Origin: Alphaproteobacteria bacterium
GTDB lineage: Bacteria; Pseudomonadota; Alphaproteobacteria; CAAHEQ01; UBA3637
Assembly (NCBI GenBank): GCA_045605805.1
Contig: JAZUQR010000021.1
Span: 85,336 to 149,335, forward strand
DNA: 64,000 nucleotides
Direction of reading: 5' to 3'
The position numbers were made by a program, and so were the translations under genes. Position 1 is the stretch's first letter; the number at the start of each line of letters is the position of its first letter. Below are positions 30,482 through 40,707 of the stretch, one piece after another. The notes beneath the pieces are model-generated. The model saw only the letters and a program-made list of their open reading frames with translations. It had not been told where the DNA came from and did no database searches.

Positions 30482-30552
30482 AAGAATACTCCTTCTGTTT
30501 CAAGAAAGGATACCACAGTTTTAGCAAAAAGACAAGTTTTTTCAAAAACAAA

Positions 30553-30580
30553 TTGACAGCCCACAAAAATATGGTATAAT
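30553..30580 (+). promoter_or_regulatory. Consensus sigma70 promoter
   Basis: TTGACA-16-TATAAT with extended TG. Confidence 0.75.
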
Positions 30581-30611
30581 AAACACATAGATATATGCAA
30601 GGAGGTTATAG

Positions 30612-31082
30612 ATGAAACAAGCACAAAAGCCAACAAACCAATTCAACAGAAATAAAGCCGTATTATACACAGCTCTTGCAACAACAGGACTAAGCCTTGC
30701 AACCTCTTCTTTCAGCCAAAAAGCCGCCCGTGTGGCAGAGGTTAGTCGAGATATTTTAGACATCATTGATTTGGCTTTGAAGGGTGCCAGCGTATTCATG
30801 TGGGCAGTGGTCGCAGCCGGACTTGTCTTGAAATATGGACCAAAAGTTGTTGATTTTATCAAAAAAACTATCCGCAAAATGAAAAACAAACATCAAGACA
30901 AAGCAAATGTCTATCAACATGAGGCAACACAGGAAAAACCGCAAACAACCAAAGCGACACCTCATTTGAAACAGGATTTGGCCAAACTGGTCCAGCAAGA
31001 ACCCGAAACACCAACACAACCGAATCCAAAGAAAAAGGTCAATCCGACCTTGCTTGCAAAAGCACAAAAACAAAGGGATTAA
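30612..31082 (+). CDS. Hypothetical protein with two hydrophobic segments and a basic tail
   Basis: Own promoter, GGAGG RBS and terminator (about 31098-31126). Confidence 0.75.
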   Translation: MKQAQKPTNQFNRNKAVLYTALATTGLSLATSSFSQKAARVAEVSRDILDIIDLALKGASVFMWAVVAAGLVLKYGPKVVDFIKKTIRKMKNKHQDKANVYQHEATQEKPQTTKATPHLKQDLAKLVQQEPETPTQPNPKKKVNPTLLAKAQKQRD

Positions 31083-31271
31083 ACAAAAAAACTTTACCAA
31101 AAGCCCAAGCAATTTGGGCTTTTTTTGTATCAGGATCAATCCCCCCCTTCATCTGCCGCCTTTTTTCAACGCTTCACACGCCACGCAAAAGAAAAATGAT
31201 TTTTTACTTGCCTTTTGTGCGAAAATATGTTATATAGAAAACACTATTTTTAACAAACAAAAGGATAATAA

Positions 31272-32588
31272 ATGTCAAAACTTTCACAAACCTTAAAAAT
31301 TAAAATCCCCGCCCAAACATTTGCAGACAAAATCACTGCTCGTTTGGAACAGATTCAAAAAGAAGCAAAAATCCAAGGCTTCCGCCCAGGAAAAGCCCCA
31401 TTGGAAATGATTCGTCAAAAGTATGAAAATGCCGTTAAAGGCGAAGTGTTAGATGATTTGGTCAATGAAGAAGTAGCCAAAGAATTAAAAGCAAAAGATT
31501 TGCGCCCTGCCATGCGTCCTGCCGTTAAAATGGATAAATACGAAGATGGAAAGGACATCGCTTTAACTGTTGAATTTGAAGCCTTGCCAAAAATAAAAGT
31601 CCATGCTTTTGATAAAATTAAAATTGACCGTATGACCGCTTTGGCCGGTGACAAAGAAGTGGCTGACACCTTGGAACGCTTGGCCAACCAAAAGAAAACA
31701 ACCGAAGTCTTATCCGAAAAACGCCCCACAAAAACAGGCGATGTGATTGTCATTGACTTTGTTGGTTCAATTGACGGTGAAGAATTCAAAGGCGGTTCAG
31801 GCAAAGATTATTATCTGGATTTAGGCTCTAACACATTTATCCCTGGTTTTGAAGACCAATTGACCGGTAAAAATGTGGGGGAAACAGTGGATGTCAATGT
31901 CACATTCCCAGAAAATTATCACGCCAAAGATTTGGCTGGTAAAAAAGCCTTGTTCAAAACAGACATTAAAGAATTGCGTGCTTGGAAAAAGCCAGAAATT
32001 GACGATGAATTCGCCAAAAAGTTCGGTATGGACTCTTTGGAAAAATTAAAAGAAGCCATCAAGGCCGAATTAAATAAAGAATATGAGCAAGTGGCTCGTA
32101 TGCACGCCAAACGGGCTTTATTGGATGCTTTGGCAAAGGAATATGACTTTGATATTCCGCAACAAATGGTTGATGCCGAATTCAAAGGAATCTGGAATCA
32201 TTATGAAAAAGCAAAAGCCGCCAATCAATTGGATGAAGAAGAAAAAAATAAATCCGAAGATGCCTTGAAAAAAGAATATCAAGAAATTGCCGAACGCCGT
32301 GTCCGTTTAGGCTTGCTCTTGGCACAAATTGCTGATGAAAACAAAGTTCAAATCACACAAGAAGATATGAACAACGCCTTGTTGGCCGAAGCCCGTCGTT
32401 ATCCGGGGCAAGAAGGCCAGATTTTTGAATACTATTCCAAAAATCCACAAGCAATGGAAGCCTTGCGGGCACCGGTTTTTGAAGAAAAAATCGTTGATTT
32501 CTTGTTTGAAAAAATCACCGTCACGGAAAAAGCTGTTTCTGTGGAAGATTTGTACGCTTTTGATCCGGATAAAAAATCCAAAAAATAA
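31272..32588 (+). CDS. tig: Trigger factor
   Basis: GFRPGKAP, FIPGFEDQL, FPENYHAKDLAGK. Confidence 0.98.
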   Translation: MSKLSQTLKIKIPAQTFADKITARLEQIQKEAKIQGFRPGKAPLEMIRQKYENAVKGEVLDDLVNEEVAKELKAKDLRPAMRPAVKMDKYEDGKDIALTVEFEALPKIKVHAFDKIKIDRMTALAGDKEVADTLERLANQKKTTEVLSEKRPTKTGDVIVIDFVGSIDGEEFKGGSGKDYYLDLGSNTFIPGFEDQLTGKNVGETVDVNVTFPENYHAKDLAGKKALFKTDIKELRAWKKPEIDDEFAKKFGMDSLEKLKEAIKAELNKEYEQVARMHAKRALLDALAKEYDFDIPQQMVDAEFKGIWNHYEKAKAANQLDEEEKNKSEDALKKEYQEIAERRVRLGLLLAQIADENKVQITQEDMNNALLAEARRYPGQEGQIFEYYSKNPQAMEALRAPVFEEKIVDFLFEKITVTEKAVSVEDLYAFDPDKKSKK

Positions 32589-32597
32589 GGAGAGTTT

Positions 32598-33197
32598 ATG
32601 CAAATTCAAGACAACACATTGGTGCCAACAGTTATAGAATCCACCGGTCGTGGGGAACGTGCTTTTGACATCTATTCCCGTCTGTTAAAAGAACGCATTG
32701 TTTTTTTAACCGGTGAAGTAAATGACGAAGTCGCCAGTCTTATCTGCGCCCAATTGTTGTTCTTGGAAGCAGAAAATCCGGAAAAAGAAATCTCGTTCTA
32801 CATCAACTCCCCTGGTGGTGTTGTGACAGCAGGATTGGCCATTTTGGACACCATGAACTACATCAAGTGTCCTGTATCCACCGTTTGTATGGGGCAAGCG
32901 TGCAGTATGGGTTCTTTACTTTTGACTTGTGGTGAAAAAGGACGCCGTTTTGCTCTGCCCAATGCCCGAGTGATGATTCACCAACCCAGCGGCGGTTTTC
33001 AAGGCCAAGCCACAGATATGGAAATCCATGTGAAAGAGATTTTAGCCATAAAAAAACGCCTCAATCAAATCTATGTGGAACAAACAGGCAAACCGTTAAA
33101 AACCATTGAACAAGCAATGGAACGAGATAATTTTATGACAGCCGAAGAAGCCAAAGAGTTTGGGCTGATTGATGCCGTCGTCACAAAAAAAGAATAA
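32598..33197 (+). CDS. clpP: Clp protease proteolytic subunit
   Basis: [29 protein letters not shown]. Confidence 0.98.
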   Translation: MQIQDNTLVPTVIESTGRGERAFDIYSRLLKERIVFLTGEVNDEVASLICAQLLFLEAENPEKEISFYINSPGGVVTAGLAILDTMNYIKCPVSTVCMGQACSMGSLLLTCGEKGRRFALPNARVMIHQPSGGFQGQATDMEIHVKEILAIKKRLNQIYVEQTGKPLKTIEQAMERDNFMTAEEAKEFGLIDAVVTKKE

Positions 33198-33220
33198 AAA
33201 AAATCACAAAAAAAACAACA

Positions 33221-33251
33221 AAACACCGACTTTCATATCGGTGTTTTTTTT
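33221..33251 (+). terminator. Intrinsic terminator after clpP
   Basis: AAACACCGA...TCGGTGTTTTTTTT. Confidence 0.8.
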
Positions 33252-33352
33252 GAATTTTATAAGCAAAAAAACACATTTTTTTCCTTGCATTCAAAAAAAA
33301 TAAGTGCTACACTACCCTAACAACAATCAAAATGGGGGATAAAGGAGAAAAT

Positions 33353-34510
33353 ATGAAAACAAAAATCTTCAAAACAATCGCAATTCTTGCGATTTTAGCA
33401 CTTTTAATCTATTCTGGTTTTTATTATGGCGCAAAAGTTGGTGGCGAAAAAGCCGTTGCGGCCATGCGGGCGCAAGTGGCCACACCCTATGTCTATACCG
33501 GCACACCAACCTTACAAAACATGGAACAAGCCACTCGTTTTATTGCCTTGGTCAAACCCTTAAATGCCGTAGATGTAAAAACCCAAGTTTCCGGCACAAT
33601 TGAAAATGTCGCCTTCACAGACGGACAATATGTCAAGGAAGGAGATGTTTTGTTCACCATTGAACAAGACCGTTATCAGGCAAATGTATCGTCTGCCAAA
33701 GCAAGTGTCACCAAAGCCGAAGCTGATTTGAAACAGGTACAAAATGATTACACCCGTCAAAAGGAATTGTATCGTGATAAAATCATTTCTACAGCCGACT
33801 TGGAAAAAGCCGAAAGCAAAACAGCCCAAGCCAAAGCAGCCGTAGAACAGGCAAAAGCCGCCTTAGAATTGGCTGAAATTGACTTAAAACATACGGTTAT
33901 TAAAGCCCCCATTGACGGCCGCATTGGTCAAGTTTTAATCACCAAAGGGAACTATGTGGATTTATCCTCACCCGCATTGGCACGCATTGTTCAAACAACG
34001 CCTGTGAAAATATCCTTCTCACTCACCGATAAAGACTATCTGGCGATGCGCAAGATGTTGCCCCAAGCCTATGGTACAACAAAACCAGTTTTGAAATTGG
34101 AACTCAGCGATAAATCTGTTGTGCCATTACCAGTTGACAAAGAACACATCTATTTTGATAATGAAATGGATAAAAAAACGGCCACCATCGCCTTATATGC
34201 CGAATTCAACAACCAAGACGAACTGTTGGTGCCCAATAACCATATTACAGTGTTGTGGACAACAGCCGAATCAAAACCATCCGTCACCATTCCACAAACA
34301 GCCGTCTATAACGACACAGAAGGATCTTATGTGATGTTGGTAAATGCGGATAATAAAGTTGTTCAACGCTATGTTCAATTAGGCCAAACCATTGATGATA
34401 AAGTGGCCATAGAAGAAGGCCTAACCCTTCAAGACACAATTGTTTTGACAGGTGGTCAAAAACTTCATAACGGACAAGGGATTAACGCTATTCCAACGGG
34501 GGCTAACTAA
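33353..34510 (+). CDS. RND efflux periplasmic adaptor (AcrA/MexA family)
   Basis: VSGTIENVAFTDGQYVKEGDVLF, IKAPIDGRIG. Confidence 0.93.
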   Translation: MKTKIFKTIAILAILALLIYSGFYYGAKVGGEKAVAAMRAQVATPYVYTGTPTLQNMEQATRFIALVKPLNAVDVKTQVSGTIENVAFTDGQYVKEGDVLFTIEQDRYQANVSSAKASVTKAEADLKQVQNDYTRQKELYRDKIISTADLEKAESKTAQAKAAVEQAKAALELAEIDLKHTVIKAPIDGRIGQVLITKGNYVDLSSPALARIVQTTPVKISFSLTDKDYLAMRKMLPQAYGTTKPVLKLELSDKSVVPLPVDKEHIYFDNEMDKKTATIALYAEFNNQDELLVPNNHITVLWTTAESKPSVTIPQTAVYNDTEGSYVMLVNADNKVVQRYVQLGQTIDDKVAIEEGLTLQDTIVLTGGQKLHNGQGINAIPTGAN

Positions 34511-37500
34511 TGTTTTCATTATTCTTTATTAAACGGCCACGTTTTGCCATTGTGATTGCATTGATTTTGGCTTTGGCCGGAATCTTGTGTCTGTTCAAAC
34601 TACCAGTGGATTTATATCCAACAGTCACCCCACCTGAAGTTCGTGTGCGTGCCACATACCCTGGGGCCAGTGCGGAAACTGTTGCAAAAACAATCGGTAT
34701 TCCACTGGAAGATGGAATGAACGGTGTGGACGATATGATTTATATGAGTTCCACCAGTGCGGACGGTGCTTACACTTTAACCATTACCTTTGAAACAGGA
34801 ACAGATCCGGATATGGCCAGTGTAAAAGTTCAAAACCGCATTCAACAAATTCAAAGTCTTTTACCGGCCGAAGTGCAACGCTATGGGTTGAAAGTGATGA
34901 AAGCCTCGTCTAATATGTTAGGGTTCATCAGCTTTTACTCCCCCGATGATTCTATGTCCGACCAAGACTTAAATGACTATCTGCAAAACAATGTGGTCAA
35001 ACCGCTTGCAAAAGTGGATGGTGTGGGCGAAGTCAATGTTTATGGGGCAAAAAAGAGTATGCGCATCTGGTTAGATGCCGATAAAATTGCCTCATTAAAC
35101 TTACCCACCGATAAAATTAAAGCCGCCATTCAAAGTCAAAACTATCAACCGTCATTGGGAAAATTGGGGGCCCGCCCCAATGACGACAGCGAAAGTTTGG
35201 TCTATTCTTTACAAACCACTGGCCGCCTGTCCACAAAGGAACAATTTGAAAACATCATTGTCCGCACAAACGAAGAAGGTGGTCTGTTGCGTCTGGCAGA
35301 TATTGCTCGCATAGAAATCGGCTCAGAAAGTTATGCATTTGAAGCGTATTTTGATCAACATCCGGCCGTTGCGGTGATGCTCAACCTATCATCCGGAGCC
35401 AATGCGTTATCCACTATGGCAGGTGTAAAAAAAGAATTAAAACATTTGGAACAGTTCTTTCCGGACAATGTAGCCTATACCATCACCATGGATTCAACCG
35501 ACTATATCAATGCCTCGGTTGAAGAAGTAGCATGGACATTGATTGCCACCTTCCTGTTGGTGATTTTTGTGGTGTATTTGTTTTTGCAAGATTGGCGCAC
35601 CACATTGGTTCCCACACTCACAATTCCTGTGTCATTATTGGCCACCTTTGCGGTAATGGCTGTCTTGGGCTATTCCATCAATATGTTCACATTGTTTGGT
35701 CTGTTGTTGGCCATCGGGGTTGTGGTGGATGACGCCATCTGTGTCACAGAACGGGCAGACTATTTAATCAACAAAAACGATATGGATCCAATAGAAGCCA
35801 CCACCCAAACCATGAAGGAAATCTCTGGGGCATTGATTGCAACAACATTGGTGTTGTTGGCCATTTTTGTTCCAATCGGATTTATGGGTGGGATTACCGG
35901 AAAGATTTATCAACAATTTTCGGTCACCATTTCCGTTGCGGTATGTTTTTCAACATTCTGTGCTTTAACATTGGCACCGGCCGTTGCCTCACACTTTTTT
36001 AAAAAAACACAAAATAAAACAACATTTAAGCCGTTGATGTGGTTTAATAAAGTGATTGAAAAGTCCACCTCGGCCACTCAACGCATTGTATTAAAGTTCG
36101 CCCGTAAATTGGTTTTAATTGGCACAGTGTTTGCCTTGTTCTGTGGTTTATCATTCTTTATGTTCAAATCCACCAGCACATCCTTCCTGCCCAACGAAGA
36201 CCAAGGCGTGGTAATCATGAGCATCAGCTTACCCGAAGGGGCAACGCTTGGACGCACGCACGAGGTGATGCAAAAAATTGTGCCTATTGTCAAAAAAGAA
36301 TCTGGTGTAAAAAACTTTGTGATGATTGCAGGAATGTCTTTCGTGATGGGATCTGGGGAAAATATGGCCTCTGGTATTCTTACGCTCCATCCATGGAACA
36401 ATCGTAAAGGGTCAGAACAAACCTCCACCGCCATCTTAAACCGCCTGCGGGCAGAGCTTCAAAAAATGCCCGAAGCCGATATTCAGCTTTTTGAACCACC
36501 AGCCATCACAGGGTTGGGCATAGCGGGAGGTTTAGACCTGAGGATTCAATCCTTAACCGACTTAAATTATTTATCACTGGATAACAATGCCACAAAGTTG
36601 GTGGATGCAATCAATACTGATTCAAGTTTCCAATATGGGTATTCCAGCTTTACCGCCAAAACACCGAATATATTTTTGGAAATTGACCGAGATAAAGCTG
36701 AAAGCATGAATGTGCCTATGAGCAACATATTTAATGCGTTGGAAAATTATCTTGGTTCTGGCTATGTGAACGATGTGAACTTCGGCACGCAAGTGAACAA
36801 AGTGATTGTGCAATCAGATTGGAAATATCGCCGCAACTTGAAAAGTTTGGATAAACTGTATGTACCAAACGCAACGGGCGAAATGGTACCATTAAAAGCC
36901 TTGCTAAATATCAAACATACATTGTCCCCTCGGCAAATTACACGTTATAACCAATATCCATCTGCCCAAATTACAGCTGTGCAATCCAATAAAATAAGCA
37001 CAGGGGAAGCCATGGATCATCTGGCCGAAATTGCCAAACAGGTTTTGCCAAACAATTATGCGTTTGAATGGTCTGGCATGAGCTACCAAGAAAAAGAAAA
37101 CGAAGGCCAAGTTGGCTATCTGATTCTGTTGGCCACCATCTTTGCGTACCTGTTCCTTGTCGCACAATATGAAAGCTGGACAGTACCAATTCCTGTATTG
37201 ATGTCCATCATCTTTGCCATCTGTGGTGGGCTTTTGGGCTTAAAAATAACAAATTTGCCCATGTCCATCTATGCCCAATTAGGTCTTGTTCTGTTGATTG
37301 GATTGGCCAGTAAGAACGCCATTTTGGTGGTTGAATTTGCCAAAGACGAACACGAAAAAGGTTCAAATGTGGTAGACTCTGGGATTCAAGGTTTAACGCA
37401 ACGTTTCCGTGCGGTTTTGATGACAGCCTTCACCTTCGTCTTGGGCGTGTTGCCTATGATATGGGCCACAGGGGCAGCCTCTGGTTCTCGGCGTTCCTTG

Positions 37501-37629
37501 GGAACACCGGTGTTCTGGGGGATGACCATCGGCACAATAGTCGGCCTGTTCTGTATTCCGTTGTTGTATATTTTTGTACAAACCATCACGGATAAAATCC
37601 TGCATAAAAAGAAGGATAGACAAGAATAA
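34510..37629 (+). CDS. RND efflux permease (AcrB/MexF/BepE family)
   Basis: FFIKRPRFA, IGVVVDDAI, GLASKNAIL, RFRAVLMT. Confidence 0.96.
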   Translation: MFSLFFIKRPRFAIVIALILALAGILCLFKLPVDLYPTVTPPEVRVRATYPGASAETVAKTIGIPLEDGMNGVDDMIYMSSTSADGAYTLTITFETGTDPDMASVKVQNRIQQIQSLLPAEVQRYGLKVMKASSNMLGFISFYSPDDSMSDQDLNDYLQNNVVKPLAKVDGVGEVNVYGAKKSMRIWLDADKIASLNLPTDKIKAAIQSQNYQPSLGKLGARPNDDSESLVYSLQTTGRLSTKEQFENIIVRTNEEGGLLRLADIARIEIGSESYAFEAYFDQHPAVAVMLNLSSGANALSTMAGVKKELKHLEQFFPDNVAYTITMDSTDYINASVEEVAWTLIATFLLVIFVVYLFLQDWRTTLVPTLTIPVSLLATFAVMAVLGYSINMFTLFGLLLAIGVVVDDAICVTERADYLINKNDMDPIEATTQTMKEISGALIATTLVLLAIFVPIGFMGGITGKIYQQFSVTISVAVCFSTFCALTLAPAVASHFFKKTQNKTTFKPLMWFNKVIEKSTSATQRIVLKFARKLVLIGTVFALFCGLSFFMFKSTSTSFLPNEDQGVVIMSISLPEGATLGRTHEVMQKIVPIVKKESGVKNFVMIAGMSFVMGSGENMASGILTLHPWNNRKGSEQTSTAILNRLRAELQKMPEADIQLFEPPAITGLGIAGGLDLRIQSLTDLNYLSLDNNATKLVDAINTDSSFQYGYSSFTAKTPNIFLEIDRDKAESMNVPMSNIFNALENYLGSGYVNDVNFGTQVNKVIVQSDWKYRRNLKSLDKLYVPNATGEMVPLKALLNIKHTLSPRQITRYNQYPSAQITAVQSNKISTGEAMDHLAEIAKQVLPNNYAFEWSGMSYQEKENEGQVGYLILLATIFAYLFLVAQYESWTVPIPVLMSIIFAICGGLLGLKITNLPMSIYAQLGLVLLIGLASKNAILVVEFAKDEHEKGSNVVDSGIQGLTQRFRAVLMTAFTFVLGVLPMIWATGAASGSRRSLGTPVFWGMTIGTIVGLFCIPLLYIFVQTITDKILHKKKDRQE

Positions 37630-37726
37630 GTCCATCCCACTTAAAAAAAAGGCACAGTGAAAAACGCTGTGCTTTTTTTATGCGAACAAACGGAATAAAA
37701 AAATCCCCGTTATACAAACGGGGAAA

Positions 37727-37803
37727 TGGCGATCCCGGAGCGATTCGAACGCCCGACCTACTGCTTAGAAGGCAGTTGCTCTATCCGGCTGAGCTACGGG
37801 ACC
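37727..37803 (-). tRNA. tRNA-Arg(TCT)
   Basis: GGTCCCGTAGCTCAG..ACTGC-CTTCTAA-GCAGT..GTTCGAATC..GGGATCGCCA. Confidence 0.97.
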
Positions 37804-37945
37804 GATAAAACTATTCTATCCAATCTTCCAACAATTGTCAAGCCTTTTTAACAAACCGCCCTCGCAAGAAAAAAAATAAGTCTTGATTTGAACCTTTTTT
37901 TTTGTTATAATACCGCTGCTTTTAACTATAACAAAGGAGAACAAA

Positions 37946-40372
37946 ATGTCTTATTCAAAAGCAACTGACCAAAAATGGCAAAACAAGTGGGCCGAAACCA
38001 ACCTGTATCAATATGATGAAAATGCCAAAGGGGAAAAGTTGTATTGCTTGGAAATGTTCTCTTATCCATCCGCAGCGAACTTGCATTGCGGACACTGGTA
38101 TAACTTTGCCCCAGTTGATACATGGGCCAGATTTAAAAAGATGCAAGGTTATAACGTCTTTCATCCAATGGGATTTGATGCTTTTGGATTACCTGCAGAA
38201 AATTACGCCATCAAAAATGGACGTCATCCCAAAGAAAGCACTTATGAAAGCATTCACACAATGATTCGTCAATTATCCGAAATGGGTCCAACTTATGATT
38301 GGGACTACACTGTCAACACATGTGATGAAAGCTATTATAAATGGACACAATGGATTTTCATCCAGTTATACAAAAAAGGTCTGGCCTATCAAAAAGAAGC
38401 CCCTGTGAATTGGTGCCCCAGTTGCCAAACCGTTTTGGCCAACGAACAGGTGATTGACGGATGTTGTGAGCGTTGTAAAAGCGCTGTGATTCAAAAAAAG
38501 ATGAAGCAATGGTTTTTCAAAATCACGGATTATGCCGAAAAACTCTTAAAGGATATTGATGGCTTGAATTGGCCAGAAAAAACCAAAAAGATTCAAAAAA
38601 ACTGGATTGGTAAATCACACGGTTCTTTAATCACTTTTGACATTGATAATGGCACGCAATTACAAGCCTTTACAACTCGGGCAGATACTTTGTATGGCTT
38701 GTCCTATGTTGTGATTGCACCAGAACATCCTGCCGTTGCTGGTTTAACAAAGCCCGAACAAAAAGAGGCAGTGGAAAAATATGTGGCTGAGGCCGCCAAA
38801 ATCAAAGAAATTGACCGCCTGTCCACCGAACGAGAAAGAACGGGTGTTTTTACCGGTTCTTATGCCACAAATCCCGTGGACGGACGCAAAGTACCTGTAT
38901 GGGTGGCGGACTATGTGATTGCCACTTACGGCACAGGCTTTGTGATGGCTGTGCCTGCACATGACGAACGAGACTATGATTTTGCCGTCAAACACAATCT
39001 GCCAATTTCTTTGGTGATTGTAGATAAAGACGGTAAAGAACAACCTCTGCCGTTCTGTGAACATGGAAAATTGGTGAACAGTCAAGAGTTTTCGGGCATG
39101 ACAACCGAAGAAGCTATCCCCGCTATCGTTGCCAAATTGAAAAAAGACGGCAAAGGCGAATTGACCACAATGTATCGTTTGCGTGACTGGCTGATTTCTC
39201 GCCAACGCTATTGGGGCGCACCAATTCCTATCATTCATTGCCCACACTGTGGCACAGTGCCTGTTCCTGAATCTGACTTACCCGTGAAATTGCCCTATGA
39301 TGTAGAGTTTCGTCCAGACGGGGAATCGCCCTTAAAACGGTGTGATGCCTTTATGCATACCAAGTGTCCGATTTGTGGTCAAGAAGCCCTGCGTGACCCG
39401 GATACTATGGATACTTTTGTGGATTCCAGTTGGTATTTCTTGCGCTATCCGGATACACGCAACGATAAAGAAGTATTTAACAAAGAAAAAATCAACCGTA
39501 TGTGTCCGATAGACATGTATGTTGGGGGCCAAGAACATGCCACAATGCACCTGCTCTACGCTCGCTTCTTTACCAAAGCATTACGAGATATGGGCTATTT
39601 GGATTTTGATGAACCCTTCTCTGCCCTTGTGCATCAAGGGATGATTTTGGGTCCAGATGGGCAAAAAATGTCTAAATCCAAAGGAAATACAGTCAATCCA
39701 GACCCTTATGTTGAAAAATATGGGGCAGATGTGGTACGCTTATTCTTTGAATTTGCCTTTTCATACACAGATGGTGGCCCATGGTCGGATGCGGGTATTG
39801 AATCTATGGCTCGCTATCTCAAACGAATAGAAGCTCTGTTTGAAAAAGCCGCTTCTTTACCCGATAAAGGCCCCGAAATCGGCAAGTGTGAAAAAGATTT
39901 GGACTTTGTCCGCAACAGCACCATCAAAGCCATTACAAAGGATTTGGATGCCATTCAATTCAACACCTCTTTGGCTCGGATGATGGAGTTCTTAAATGCT
40001 TTGAATGAGTATGTGCAAGGCCCTGTCAATAAAACATTCTTAAAGGAATGCTTAAAAATATATATTGTTTTGTTAGCTCCGTTTGCCCCACACTTTGCCG
40101 AAGAATTATGGGAACAAATGGGTGAAAATTATTCAGTTCACAACCAACCATGGCCGCAAGTCAATGAAGCCGCTTTACAAAAAGACGATATGGTAATCGT
40201 TATTCAAACGAACGGCAAACTGCGTGGTCAATTTGAAGTGGCCAAAACAACCGACAAAGAAACAATTATTGCCATGGCAAAAGAATCCATTAAAGATTAT
40301 TTGTCCGACAAAGAAATCGTTAAGGAAATCTATGTGCCAAATAAGTTAGTGAACCTTGTTATCAAAGCATAA
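37946..40372 (+). CDS. leuS: Leucine--tRNA ligase
   Basis: HCGH (HIGH-like), GFDAFGLPAENYA, SRQRYWG, KMSKS. Confidence 0.98.
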   Translation: MSYSKATDQKWQNKWAETNLYQYDENAKGEKLYCLEMFSYPSAANLHCGHWYNFAPVDTWARFKKMQGYNVFHPMGFDAFGLPAENYAIKNGRHPKESTYESIHTMIRQLSEMGPTYDWDYTVNTCDESYYKWTQWIFIQLYKKGLAYQKEAPVNWCPSCQTVLANEQVIDGCCERCKSAVIQKKMKQWFFKITDYAEKLLKDIDGLNWPEKTKKIQKNWIGKSHGSLITFDIDNGTQLQAFTTRADTLYGLSYVVIAPEHPAVAGLTKPEQKEAVEKYVAEAAKIKEIDRLSTERERTGVFTGSYATNPVDGRKVPVWVADYVIATYGTGFVMAVPAHDERDYDFAVKHNLPISLVIVDKDGKEQPLPFCEHGKLVNSQEFSGMTTEEAIPAIVAKLKKDGKGELTTMYRLRDWLISRQRYWGAPIPIIHCPHCGTVPVPESDLPVKLPYDVEFRPDGESPLKRCDAFMHTKCPICGQEALRDPDTMDTFVDSSWYFLRYPDTRNDKEVFNKEKINRMCPIDMYVGGQEHATMHLLYARFFTKALRDMGYLDFDEPFSALVHQGMILGPDGQKMSKSKGNTVNPDPYVEKYGADVVRLFFEFAFSYTDGGPWSDAGIESMARYLKRIEALFEKAASLPDKGPEIGKCEKDLDFVRNSTIKAITKDLDAIQFNTSLARMMEFLNALNEYVQGPVNKTFLKECLKIYIVLLAPFAPHFAEELWEQMGENYSVHNQPWPQVNEAALQKDDMVIVIQTNGKLRGQFEVAKTTDKETIIAMAKESIKDYLSDKEIVKEIYVPNKLVNLVIKA

Positions 40373-40420
40373 GGAACAAAACCGAAACAAAATCCCCCGA
40401 GTCATTTCAGGGGATTTTTT

Positions 40421-40695
40421 TTATTTCAACCTTGGTTTTTTGGGAATAAATACTTCCTCAGAATTAAACTCTGTGTTTGGCAGCCATGTTTGATTGCGTC
40501 CCAAAAAAGCAATTTTGCCCCGCACAATCAACTTATCCCCTTCTCGCCACATTTCACAAGCATAGACTTTGCCGCTTTTGGGATCTAAAATCTCGCCCCC
40601 TTTATATTTTTTGCCTTTGGGCTGTAAATCCCATACAATATCCAGCCCTTCAATTTTCGGGCGATCAGGTAATTTAGCTTCGGCTTCTTTCCTCC
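40421..40695 (-). pseudogene. DUF2147-like remnant (N-terminally truncated, frameshifted)
   Basis: Reads PKIEGLDIVWDL...YKG, then in another frame GEILDPKSGKVYACEMWREGDKLIVRG...GRNQTW; not in the ORF track. Confidence 0.65.
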
Positions 40696-40707
40696 GTTTA
40701 ATATAAA

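Noticed and set aside
25988-39550. Numerous antisense or alternative-frame ORFs over lon, clpX, tig, RND genes and leuS
   Set aside because: Shadow ORFs of well-supported genes; no motifs or RBS
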